Shown: piece by piece, positions 7,752 through 16,345 of the stretch
How positions within the stretch are numbered: the first letter of the stretch is position 1
How the letters are laid out: every line of letters starts with the position of its first letter
DNA from: a virus
Lineage: Duplodnaviria > Caudoviricetes
Length of the DNA: 53,646 nt
IMG/VR virus record: IMGVR_UViG_3300033004_000003
Span: 1 to 53,646 of that record
Reading direction: 5' to 3' (one strand)
Position numbers and translations under genes: made by a program
Notes under the pieces: model-generated
The model's database searches: none
Told to the model about the DNA's origin: nothing
The model's input: the letters and a program-made list of their open reading frames with translations, nothing else

Positions 7752-9961
7752 GTTCTACACTAGGCGACCTCCTGGCATCCGCGAACATTCGGCAAACCCC
7801 CGCGCCGATTGCCGCGTTGCCACAACCTGATCTTGAGATTGCCATTGAAGGCGATGTTGCAGACCATAAGCTGGACCCGAAAACCGGCGTTATGGAGATC
7901 GAGGGGCCTGACGGAAGCATTACCATCGACTTCGCCCCTAATTTGGGCGGCAAGCTGTCCGACAAGTTCAACGACAATCTGGCTGTCTCGGGGAACATTG
8001 AATACGGCGCTCTGGCTAATGAGCTGATTAACGAGATTGATAGCGATCTAGGCTCTCGCTCCGAATGGATGGACCAGCGCGAGCAAGGGCTTGAATTGCT
8101 TGGTCTGAAGATCGAGAACCCACGCGGCGATACGGGCAATTCATCCGCGCCGCTTGAAGGCATGAGCACCATTCGCTCGCCTACGCTGCTGCAAGCCGTG
8201 CTGCGGTTCCAGGCCAATGCGCGCGGTGAATTGCTGCCAGCCATGGGGCCGATCAAGGTCATTGATAATTCGGCGGGCGGAACTGGCATTGCCGACGAAT
8301 GGGCGGAAATCCTAGAGCAAGACCTGAATATATACCTGACGCAGCGTTGCCCGGAGTATTATCCTGATACTGACCGCATGCTGTTCTATGTCGGTTTCGG
8401 CGGTTCTGGGTTTAAGAAGGTCTACCATTGTCCGCTGCGTCGCCGCCCTGTGTCCGAGAGCGTTGATGCGGCTGATCTGATCGTTGACGCCTCCGCTACC
8501 GATCTGCGCAACGCACGCCGCATAACGCATCGCATCCGCATGAGAGATAGCATGGTTAAGCGCATGCAGATTGCGGGAATTTACCGCGATGTTGCGTTAT
8601 CACAGGCCAGCTATAATCCAGATCAGGACGAAGTAATCGAGGCGCGTATCCAGGGCATCGACGTGATGCCGCAGCGGCCAGAGGACAACGACCGAACGAT
8701 CTATGAAATTCTGTGCGAGCGAGACTTTGGCGAGCATCCCAACCGAATGCCGCTGCCGTACAAGATCGTTCTTGACCGCGATAGCCAACAAGTCTTGGAA
8801 ATCCGCCGCAACTGGCGCGAAGACGATCCGATGTACATGCCGGTTAATATGTACGTGCGCTATCCGTACATCGAAGCAATGGGCATTTATGGCCTTGGCT
8901 TGCTGCATACAATCGGCAACCTGACAAAAGCCACGACGGCTGCTATCCGTGAAATGCTGGACGCCGGTATGTTCGCCAACTTCCCCGGTTTTGTGTACTC
9001 CGAGGGTGTCAATAGGCAGGAAACAAACGAGTTCCGTATTCCGCCAGGCGGAGGCATGCGCGTGCAGACGAACGGGCAGGACATCCGCACCGCATTGATG
9101 CCGTTGCCGTACAAAGATATATCTTCTGGGCTCATGTCGCTTGTTCAGGAGCTAATGAGCGCCACAGATAAGCTATCCGGCACGGCGGAAATGCCAACCG
9201 GCGAAGGTATGCAGAACGCGCCAGTAGGAACGACGCTGGCGATTATCGATCAGGCGTCTAAGGTGCTCGATGCCGTACATAAGCGTCTCCACGCGGCGCA
9301 GGCTGAAGAGTTCCGGCTGCTGAAAGATCGCCTTCTGGAAGACCCGGAGGCGTTTTGGCGCCATAATCCGGACGCCAGCACGAACTGGGACAAAGAGACG
9401 TTTGTCCAAGCTCTGAACCTGGTTGATCTGGTCCCGGTTGCGGACCCGAACACGCCGACGCATACGCACCGTCTGATGAAGGTCATGGGACTGATCCAGC
9501 TTGCCCAGCAGATGCCGCAAATGTTCAACATTCCAACTGTCATCGAGCATTCGCTGCGTCTGATCGGGTTCAACAATCCTAAAGAGTTCATGAACGACGG
9601 CACCCAGCCGCAGCAGCCCAATCCGGACATGATGAAGGCGCAGCTTGAACAGGCCAAACTACAGCAGCAGGGGCAAATCGCGGCGGCCAAGATGCAATCC
9701 GAACAGAACAAGTCTAAGTTGGAGCTTATCAAGGCTCAATTGCAGCAGAAAACCGACGTGATGGAAATTCAGGGCAAGCAGCAGATAGAAGCCGGATGGC
9801 TGCAGATCGAGGCAGGACGGCAGCGCCACGAAAAAACAAAGGATGGCGCTGCAATGGTTAGCGATGCTATGGAACACATGCAACCGGGATTGGGCGGATT
9901 GGCCGCTCCACCGCAAGCCGCGAGCGCCGGCCCTAGCGCTCCTGTTGGAGTGACACCATGA
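7748..9961 (+). CDS. Portal protein (P22-like, Gln-rich C-terminal barrel)
   Basis: Position after TerL; GSGFKKVY, YGLGLLH, LDAGMFANFPG, APVGTTLA...HKRLH motifs; coiled-coil tail. Confidence 0.9.
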   Translation: MSSTLGDLLASANIRQTPAPIAALPQPDLEIAIEGDVADHKLDPKTGVMEIEGPDGSITIDFAPNLGGKLSDKFNDNLAVSGNIEYGALANELINEIDSDLGSRSEWMDQREQGLELLGLKIENPRGDTGNSSAPLEGMSTIRSPTLLQAVLRFQANARGELLPAMGPIKVIDNSAGGTGIADEWAEILEQDLNIYLTQRCPEYYPDTDRMLFYVGFGGSGFKKVYHCPLRRRPVSESVDAADLIVDASATDLRNARRITHRIRMRDSMVKRMQIAGIYRDVALSQASYNPDQDEVIEARIQGIDVMPQRPEDNDRTIYEILCERDFGEHPNRMPLPYKIVLDRDSQQVLEIRRNWREDDPMYMPVNMYVRYPYIEAMGIYGLGLLHTIGNLTKATTAAIREMLDAGMFANFPGFVYSEGVNRQETNEFRIPPGGGMRVQTNGQDIRTALMPLPYKDISSGLMSLVQELMSATDKLSGTAEMPTGEGMQNAPVGTTLAIIDQASKVLDAVHKRLHAAQAEEFRLLKDRLLEDPEAFWRHNPDASTNWDKETFVQALNLVDLVPVADPNTPTHTHRLMKVMGLIQLAQQMPQMFNIPTVIEHSLRLIGFNNPKEFMNDGTQPQQPNPDMMKAQLEQAKLQQQGQIAAAKMQSEQNKSKLELIKAQLQQKTDVMEIQGKQQIEAGWLQIEAGRQRHEKTKDGAAMVSDAMEHMQPGLGGLAAPPQAASAGPSAPVGVTP

Positions 9962-10482
9962 CCACGACCCGCCGCGCCGCCTCTAACGCCTCCCATGACG
10001 CCAAGCTCAAGCGTATGCTTGGGGAGGCCACGCATCATGCTGATAAGCTGATGGACGAGCACAAGAAGATGGCAGATCATCTTAGCCCGAAAGAGGTTAA
10101 GAAGATTGCAGACAAAGAGATCGAGGTCAAAGGCTGTGAGACGAAGAAGCGCCTTGACCGCGCCGCCCGCAAGAAAGGTGGCCGCACTAAGGGCGACGTG
10201 AACATTATCATCGCCCAGAAGCCCGACATGCCGCAAGGTCCGATGGGTGGAGCGCCTATGGCTCCCCCGCCGCGTATCCCTATCCAGGCGCCGGTCCCCG
10301 CTGCCGCTCCTGCTCCCGGTGCAGCCATGCCGCCTCCGGGCGTTCCCGGTTCCATGCCGATGCCTGGCGCTGCCGCTGGTATCCCTGCCCGTAAGAAGGG
10401 CGGCGCGATTAAGATGGAGTTTGGCGCTGGAACTGGTTTGGGGCGTCTGGAAAAGGCTGCCCGCTACGGCAGTAAGAAGTAA
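9958..10482 (+). CDS. Basic, Pro-rich low-complexity protein with RKKGG motifs
   Basis: RKKGGRT, RKKGGAI, GAGTGLGRLEK. Confidence 0.8.
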   Translation: MTTTRRAASNASHDAKLKRMLGEATHHADKLMDEHKKMADHLSPKEVKKIADKEIEVKGCETKKRLDRAARKKGGRTKGDVNIIIAQKPDMPQGPMGGAPMAPPPRIPIQAPVPAAAPAPGAAMPPPGVPGSMPMPGAAAGIPARKKGGAIKMEFGAGTGLGRLEKAARYGSKK

Positions 10483-10679
10483 TGAACGCATTTTCTCTTG
10501 ACATACGCTCGCTTCGTAAAGCACAAGAGAAGATAACGGAAGAATTGAAAGAGCTTTGCGACGGAGTTTTAGCGGTTAAATGCCAGGATTACGCGGCCTA
10601 TACTGAAAAGGTAGGCCGGTATCATGGTCTTCGCAGGGCGATAGAGGTTCTTCAGGAAGTTGAGAAAGACCTGAAGTAG
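10482..10679 (+). CDS. Small helical protein
   Basis: DYAAYTEKVGRYHGLRRAIE; position between portal and GroES. Confidence 0.75.
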   Translation: MNAFSLDIRSLRKAQEKITEELKELCDGVLAVKCQDYAAYTEKVGRYHGLRRAIEVLQEVEKDLK

Positions 10680-10687
10680 GAGACATA

Positions 10688-11110
10688 ATGGCTACGACGC
10701 ATATGCTTCATGCGGTGGACCCGCGCACTGATCTGCAACACAAGATCGGCGATATCAGCCACATTCGGGTGCTTCACAATCAGGTTCTGGTGGCGACTTA
10801 TGTTCGCCCTGAGCGCACTTCTGGCGGCATCATCCTCGCCCAGTCAACGCGCAAAGAGGACGAATATCAGGGCAAGGTTGGCCTTGTCATCGCCAAGGGG
10901 CCGATGGCCTTTCGGGACGATGACCGCACGCAATTTCACGGGCAGGACGTGCAGATTGGCGAGTGGATTTCATACCGCATGTCTGATGGCTGGCAGCTTA
11001 TCGTGAAAGGCAAGCCGAGCGCGGAAAATCCCAAGGGCGAATATCACTGCCGCATGTTGCAGGACGTGGACATTAAGGCGGTGATTTCTTCACCGGATGA
11101 CGTGCTGTAA
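10688..11110 (+). CDS. groES: Phage co-chaperonin GroES-like protein
   Basis: LHNQVLV...ERTSGGIILAQ...GKVGLVIAKGP...VQIGEWI...RMLQDVDIKAVI. Confidence 0.85.
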   Translation: MATTHMLHAVDPRTDLQHKIGDISHIRVLHNQVLVATYVRPERTSGGIILAQSTRKEDEYQGKVGLVIAKGPMAFRDDDRTQFHGQDVQIGEWISYRMSDGWQLIVKGKPSAENPKGEYHCRMLQDVDIKAVISSPDDVL

Positions 11111-11367
11111 TGGCGAAGAAACTGACACACGCCCATGAGGCGGATAACGGGCTTGCCGAGAAGATTTTGAGCGGCGAGGTTTATCAGGTTGAAGCCACTG
11201 AAGATCCATTGGAGGCTGTAAACGCCGCAATTCGCGATCTTCGGGGGCGCGCCAAATCCCTTCTGGCTCACGTTTCCGAAATCGAAGCCTATTTGGTCCA
11301 TCTCGGCAAGACGATGGGCCATAACGGCACGCCGCAGTTTACCCCGCATGGAGAAAGTGATGACTGA
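11110..11367 (+). CDS. Hypothetical protein
   Basis: TAATG coupling to groES. Confidence 0.6.
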   Translation: MAKKLTHAHEADNGLAEKILSGEVYQVEATEDPLEAVNAAIRDLRGRAKSLLAHVSEIEAYLVHLGKTMGHNGTPQFTPHGESDD

Positions 11368-12229
11368 AGCTACGAACCAGGACGATATCGAGATCGTCCT
11401 CGATGATGGCTTGCCTGCGGTCGAAACTCCGGTAACGGAAGCGCCCAAGGTAACTGACGTTGACGAGGGCATTAACGATCTCAAGCGACAACTGGAAGCG
11501 GAGCGCGCCCGCGTTGCCCAGGCTGAGCAAGCTGCCAGCACGGCGCGCCAGGAAAGCCTGAAGTTCAAGACCGAGGCCGAACAGTCGCAATACGCCGCGA
11601 TCAGCCGCGCTCTTGAGGCCGCAAACGTCGCCGTTGATACGGTGCAGGGCGATTACGAGCGCGCTCTGGAGGCGGGCGACTACAAAGCCGCTGCTAAGCT
11701 CCAGGTGCAGATTACCAAGGCCGTAGCGCAGCAAGCGGCGCTGGAAAACGGCAAAGCGCAGATGGACGCCTACCGCGCCGATCCGCGTTACCAGCAGCAA
11801 CAGCAGCAACCCGCGCCGGATAGCTTCGACGCCAAGATTGCCGGCATGTCTCAGCGCACGCAGGCATGGCTTAAGGCGCATCCCGACGCGGTGACTGATC
11901 CTGTGCGGCAGAATAAGGTGGCGTCGGCTCACTACGCCGCTTTGGCTGATGGCCACGCGCCGGATACTGACGCGTATTTCGCGTTTGTCGAGAACCATGC
12001 CGGTTACACGAAGAAGCCCGCAACGTCGCAGCCGCAGCGCACCGCAAGCCCGTCCGCCCCGGTTTCTGGCCAGGCGCGCGCGCCAGCCGGAGAGCAAGTG
12101 AACGGCAACCGCGTTGTGATGACGCCCAAGATGCGCGAAGCGGCGAAGATTGCCGGTGTCACTGAGCAAGAATATGCCCGCGAATACCTGCGCGCCGTCA
12201 AGGCGGGCGACATTGAACGTTTGAATTAA
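11360..12229 (+). CDS. Capsid scaffolding protein (putative)
   Basis: Acidic N-terminus, Ala/Gln coiled coil, C-terminal MTPKMREAAKIAGVTEQEYARE helix; before capsid genes. Confidence 0.75.
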   Translation: MTEATNQDDIEIVLDDGLPAVETPVTEAPKVTDVDEGINDLKRQLEAERARVAQAEQAASTARQESLKFKTEAEQSQYAAISRALEAANVAVDTVQGDYERALEAGDYKAAAKLQVQITKAVAQQAALENGKAQMDAYRADPRYQQQQQQPAPDSFDAKIAGMSQRTQAWLKAHPDAVTDPVRQNKVASAHYAALADGHAPDTDAYFAFVENHAGYTKKPATSQPQRTASPSAPVSGQARAPAGEQVNGNRVVMTPKMREAAKIAGVTEQEYAREYLRAVKAGDIERLN

Positions 12230-12240
12230 GGAGCAAAACC

Positions 12241-12738
12241 ATGGGCCGTCCGCCGCTTCGCGCTGAACCTGATGCCGCCCGCGATACCGTTCGCGGTCCT
12301 CGCCGTCGCCGTCAGACCGACGACAAATTTGCCATTCCGCCTGAACTCAAGACGCCTGGCGTGTCTTATGAGTGGAAGAAGGAGAGCGTCCTTGGCGAGG
12401 AAGACCCGCAGTATCTTTCCGGGCTGCTGGAAAACGGTTGGGAACACGTCCAGCTTTCCGAGATGCCGGTCTTTGGGCGTCCTGGCGAAAGCGGCGCTAT
12501 CCGTCGCGGCGGCCAGGTGCTCATGAAGCGTCCGACTGAACTAACGCACGAAGCGCGCCTGGAAGATTACCAGATCGCCCGCGCTCAGGTGACTGGCAAC
12601 GCCAAGAAGATGATGGGCAGCGACTTCGACGCTGGCGTTCCGAACAAAGGCAGCCACGTTAACGTCAAATATGACACGTTGCCATCTGACGCGAAGGTGT
12701 TTAAGACTGCTACCACGCAGTTGACGCTTGAGGATTAG
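12241..12738 (+). CDS. Conserved head-module protein of unknown function
   Basis: AAGGAG RBS; PGVSYEW...LENGWEHV...IRRGGQVLMKRP. Confidence 0.8.
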   Translation: MGRPPLRAEPDAARDTVRGPRRRRQTDDKFAIPPELKTPGVSYEWKKESVLGEEDPQYLSGLLENGWEHVQLSEMPVFGRPGESGAIRRGGQVLMKRPTELTHEARLEDYQIARAQVTGNAKKMMGSDFDAGVPNKGSHVNVKYDTLPSDAKVFKTATTQLTLED

Positions 12739-12780
12739 ACCAGATCGGTGCGGCTTTTCTCCGGCCGTTTCTCCCTCGTT

Positions 12781-13035
12781 TGCCGGGTATGCGAGCCGAT
12801 AAAGACCCGGCGCTTTTTTGTATAAGATCAGAGGCAAGGCAGTAACCACCATCCCCCCTTGCCCGCCAACGGTCAGATGGATGCGCCGTCTGATAAAGAC
12901 CCATCACTTTTTGCATCAGATCAGGGCAGCGCGGATTATCCCGCGCGCTGACAGAGGGCCGATAAACCGAGCATTTGAACGAATTCTCGGCATTATTGAT
13001 CGATTCGCTCGCCCGCAGCCGGAGGATACCCGGCA
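12781..13035 (+). ncRNA. Candidate structured non-coding RNA (about 255 nt) overlapping a possible intrinsic terminator
   Basis: Long-range helix 12781-12800/12999-13035, internal hairpins, duplicated GATAAAGACCC...TTTTTG.AT.AGATCAG unit. Confidence 0.5.
12782..12819 (+). terminator. Possible intrinsic terminator
   Basis: GCCGGGT...ACCCGGC stem followed by GCTTTTTT. Confidence 0.5.
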
Positions 13036-13060
13036 TTCCTTCGTGTGTCGCAAAAACCTG

Positions 13061-13209
13061 TTGACAAGCCACGCCGCGCCATATTAGCCATTAAATGAAA
13101 TTCACTCTCGCCGGGCCGGTGAGAGATTAGCCATAGGTGACTATGGCGCGCTGTGATGGTTCCGGGCCGGGACTGGACACTGCATATCCGCTAAGGCGGA
13201 ACTTTTGCA
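13061..13209 (+). promoter_or_regulatory. Capsid-operon promoter (TTGACA -35) and four-hairpin 5' leader
   Basis: TTGACA 13061-13066; hairpins at 13105-13125, 13130-13147, 13157-13175, 13181-13209. Confidence 0.6.
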
Positions 13210-13218
13210 GGTGTTTTC

Positions 13219-13839
13219 ATGGCGAATACTTTCGCACCATACGGGTTTCGCGCTACCGCCCTTCTCGGGTACGGCTCCCCGAACTACGCCGTATCTCAGC
13301 GCCGCATTCTCAAGACCAACAGCACCGCCATCTATAAGGGCGATCCGGTCGTTCAGCTTTCCTCTGGTTACATTGCCCAGGCCACCGCCGGCACCACGCA
13401 GATCGCGGGCATTTTCGACGGCTGCGAATACCTGAGCGTGTCTCAGGGCCGCACCGTTCGCTCCCCCTACTGGCCGGGCTCTGACGCCGCCGCTGACGTG
13501 GCGTGCTTTATCATTGACGATCCCACTGCGGTTTTTGCGGTTCAGTCTGGCAATGGTGGCCCCATCGTGCTGGCAGACGTTGGCCAGAACATCAACTTCG
13601 CGATCGGCACGGGCAACACCGCCAACGGCATCTCTGGCGCCTACGCCGACTTCGCCACGCTCAGCCCCTCCACCACGACGCTGCCGTTCCGCGTACTCAA
13701 TTTCGCGGGCAACTCTGGCTACGTCACTGGCGACGGCCCGCCGCAAATTGCCGGAAATGGTTCGGATGGCAGCACTGCCTACAACACCGTTTACGTCACC
13801 TTCAATAACCAAGACTACAAAGTCCTGACGGGCATTTAA
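13219..13839 (+). CDS. Capsid decoration/cement protein (putative)
   Basis: MANTFAPYGFR...IYKGDPV...IAGIFDGCEY...IIDDP; immediately before MCP. Confidence 0.7.
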   Translation: MANTFAPYGFRATALLGYGSPNYAVSQRRILKTNSTAIYKGDPVVQLSSGYIAQATAGTTQIAGIFDGCEYLSVSQGRTVRSPYWPGSDAAADVACFIIDDPTAVFAVQSGNGGPIVLADVGQNINFAIGTGNTANGISGAYADFATLSPSTTTLPFRVLNFAGNSGYVTGDGPPQIAGNGSDGSTAYNTVYVTFNNQDYKVLTGI

Positions 13840-13853
13840 GGGGAGCATGACAG

Positions 13854-14768
13854 ATGCCTATTAATCTATCCTCGATCAAGAACGAACTGCTCCCCGGCCT
13901 TCGCGCTCTTACCGGCAAGTATGATCAAATCCCCCGCGAGTGGGACCAGATTTTCGACGTCGGTAAATCTGAGATGGCCCTGGAACGCACCGTCGAAATG
14001 GCGTACCTCGGCTATGCCCAGCTCAAGACCGAAGGCGCGGCTACCACGTTCGACAACTCGGCCGGCGAGCGCTTCACCTACAACCAGGAGCACACCGAGC
14101 TTGCGCTTGGTTACGCCATCACCCGCAAGGCGGTGGACGATAACCTCTACAAGCGCCAGTTCAACCCCGCCAACCTGAACATGATGCAGTCGTTCAATCA
14201 GACGCAGGAAATTCTTGCGGCGAACGTGCTGAACACTGCCGGCGTGTACAATGCGGCTGTGGGCGGTGACGGCGTTTCTCTGGTTAACGCCAGCCATCCG
14301 GTTGATGGCGGCACCTACTCCAACACCTTCAGCACGGCGGCTGATCTGAACGAAAGTTCCCTGCTGAACGCGATGATCCAGATCCGTACTGGCTTCGTCG
14401 ATCAGCGCGGCCTGAAGCTTTACGCCCGTGGCCGAAAGCTGGTCATCCCGCCGCAGCTTGAGCCGACTGCTCTGCGCCTCATCAAGACCGCGCTGCGCCC
14501 CGGCACCGCCGACAACGACATCAACGCCATCATGTTCACTACTGGTGGTCTGAAGGACGGCTATCTGGTCGATGACTACCTGACCAGCCCTTATGCCTGG
14601 TTCCTGCTGACCAACATCCCCGGCCTGCTCTACCTGGAGCGCGTGCCGTTCGAGATGGATATGCAGGTGGACTTCACCACAGATAACCTTCTCGTGAAGG
14701 GCTATCACCGGTACTCCTTCAGTTACTACAATCCAAGGGCCATCTTCGGCACCTTCCCGACCTCGTAA
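13854..14768 (+). CDS. Major capsid protein (HK97 fold)
   Basis: 304 aa; KTEGA...ALGYAITRKA.DDNLY...DGVSL...HP...DL.ESSL...KLVIPPQL...YLTSPYAWF; strongly biased codon use. Confidence 0.9.
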   Translation: MPINLSSIKNELLPGLRALTGKYDQIPREWDQIFDVGKSEMALERTVEMAYLGYAQLKTEGAATTFDNSAGERFTYNQEHTELALGYAITRKAVDDNLYKRQFNPANLNMMQSFNQTQEILAANVLNTAGVYNAAVGGDGVSLVNASHPVDGGTYSNTFSTAADLNESSLLNAMIQIRTGFVDQRGLKLYARGRKLVIPPQLEPTALRLIKTALRPGTADNDINAIMFTTGGLKDGYLVDDYLTSPYAWFLLTNIPGLLYLERVPFEMDMQVDFTTDNLLVKGYHRYSFSYYNPRAIFGTFPTS

Positions 14769-14780
14769 GGAGAGCAGATA

Positions 14781-15284
14781 ATGGCTGGCCCTGGTAGCAC
14801 TTATACCGGCCCCCTCATCTCGGGGCCTATCTGGAACCCTGGAGACTTTCGTGGCCCGGTTAACACCGGCCTTGTCCTCCTGACGCAGACGGTTACTCTG
14901 ACGCAGAACGGCGCGACTGCCGTTACCACGCCGGTTTACCTGCCCGCCGGTTCGCAGATCACGGATTTCAACATCGATACCACAACCGCGTGGAACTCTG
15001 GAACATCCGATCTTCTGACCATCGGCCTCGCTGCTGCTGGGACTGACTTCCTGAGTAACACTAGCGTTGCCGCCACTGGCCGCGCCAGCGTCGGTGCAGC
15101 TGGTTCAACCGTCCCGTACACTGCCGCGCAGCTCTCCGCGATGAAGTCGGTTGGCGCTACTACTGGCAACGGAGTGCCGATCTACATCACAGTAACGCCG
15201 GCCGGCACCACTGCGACGACTGGCTCTACTACCGTTACCGTCTTTTATATCCAGACCGTCCAGTTGAACGCTGGCGAGGCTTAA
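14781..15284 (+). CDS. Virion structural protein (head decoration/spike-like)
   Basis: Thr/Gly-rich beta protein LPAGSQITDFNID.TTAWNS after MCP. Confidence 0.65.
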   Translation: MAGPGSTYTGPLISGPIWNPGDFRGPVNTGLVLLTQTVTLTQNGATAVTTPVYLPAGSQITDFNIDTTTAWNSGTSDLLTIGLAAAGTDFLSNTSVAATGRASVGAAGSTVPYTAAQLSAMKSVGATTGNGVPIYITVTPAGTTATTGSTTVTVFYIQTVQLNAGEA

Positions 15285-15296
15285 TAGGAGCTTATC

Positions 15297-15737
15297 ATGG
15301 CATACAAACATGGCGGCGATGTTCACAAGGCCGTAAAGGAAAAGTCGATGCACCGCATTGCGAACCCGAAGCACCGCAAGACTGGTGGCCGCGCCGAGGA
15401 AGAGGAAGACGGCAATTCTGGCGTCGATACTCCGGAGCCGGATACCGACATGTCCTACACTTATCAGTCCAACGTCACCAAAGAGGCGAAGGACGAGAAG
15501 AAAAAGGGCGGCGCCATCAAGAAGGTCGCCAAAAAGAAGGGCGGTGAAGTCGCCAAGAAGAAGCATGTCGGTGAAGTCGAGGGCGAGGCCAAGAAGCACC
15601 GCCTGGACCGCCCTGGCCGCAAGCGCGGTGGCGGTGTTGGCGCCGATACTTCCCCGCTGACCACTGCCGCCAATACCAGCGAACGCCGTGGCCCGTCCAA
15701 GGCCGACGACGATCGGGGGATCACGGGGGAAGAGTAG
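15297..15737 (+). CDS. Charged low-complexity protein with five GG motifs; probably extended by -1 frameshift to 15976
   Basis: AGGAG RBS; YKHGGDV, RKTGGRA, KKKGGAI, KKKGGEV, RKRGGGV. Confidence 0.8.
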   Translation: MAYKHGGDVHKAVKEKSMHRIANPKHRKTGGRAEEEEDGNSGVDTPEPDTDMSYTYQSNVTKEAKDEKKKGGAIKKVAKKKGGEVAKKKHVGEVEGEAKKHRLDRPGRKRGGGVGADTSPLTTAANTSERRGPSKADDDRGITGEE

Positions 15738-15976
15738 CCCTTCACCGCAAATCCGGTGGCCGTGCAGACGGCCATTCGGGCGAAGGGCACGATAAGCCGG
15801 AAAAATGGATCGCAGGGGCAATAAAACACCCTGGCGCGCTCCATAAGGCGCTCCACGTTCCAGAGGGCGAGAAAATCCCGGCCAAAAAGCTGGAAAAGGC
15901 TGCGAATTCGGATAACCCTACACTCGCCAAGCGTGCTAATCTGGCTAAGACGCTTAAGGGCCTGCACAAGGGCTAA
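15728..15976 (+). CDS. -1 frame extension encoding small basic domain (EKWIAGAIKHPGALHKALHVP...LAKRANLAKTLK)
   Basis: Frame open 15575-15976 with no ATG/GTG/TTG; G GGG GAA at 15725-15731; downstream stem GCCCTTC/GAAGGGC. Confidence 0.65.
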   Translation, partial: GRVALHRKSGGRADGHSGEGHDKPEKWIAGAIKHPGALHKALHVPEGEKIPAKKLEKAANSDNPTLAKRANLAKTLKGLHKG

Positions 15977-15991
15977 TTTCTTGGAGGTCTG

Positions 15992-16333
15992 ATGCCTAAT
16001 CCATTTTACGCGACGGTAAGCACCACTGGAACTTCCACCGTTTGGCTGGCGGATTATCGTAACGCGCCGTTTAACGTGAGCGTGCAGGTATATGTTCCGG
16101 GCGGTACTACCGTTTCGTACGAAGTGGATTTCACGCTCGACGATCCGAACCTTCCCTATCCGAGCCTCCCGCCGCAAGAATGGACTGCGCTGGCACAGTT
16201 CCCGGCAGGTTCCACCACAACGATCACGGCGGCGATTACCAATCCGATCGTCGGGCTTCGTCTCAACGTGGCGTCGATTTCTGGCGGTCCTGTTTACTTC
16301 AAGATCATCCAGGGCGACTTTATCGGCACTTAA
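15992..16333 (+). CDS. Virion structural protein (beta-rich)
   Basis: GGAGG RBS; YEVDFTLDDP...W...PIVGLRLNV. Confidence 0.7.
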   Translation: MPNPFYATVSTTGTSTVWLADYRNAPFNVSVQVYVPGGTTVSYEVDFTLDDPNLPYPSLPPQEWTALAQFPAGSTTTITAAITNPIVGLRLNVASISGGPVYFKIIQGDFIGT

Positions 16334-16345
16334 GGAGGGTGTTAG

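Noticed and set aside
12795-12995. CRISPR mini-array or TIGR-like guide array
   Set aside because: Only two clear degenerate copies with irregular spacing, and no Cas or Nop-domain gene recognised; kept as a structured RNA candidate instead
13866-14708. Long antisense ORFs over the capsid, scaffold and ejection genes
   Set aside because: Expected from GC-rich codon bias; no RBS or recognisable motifs
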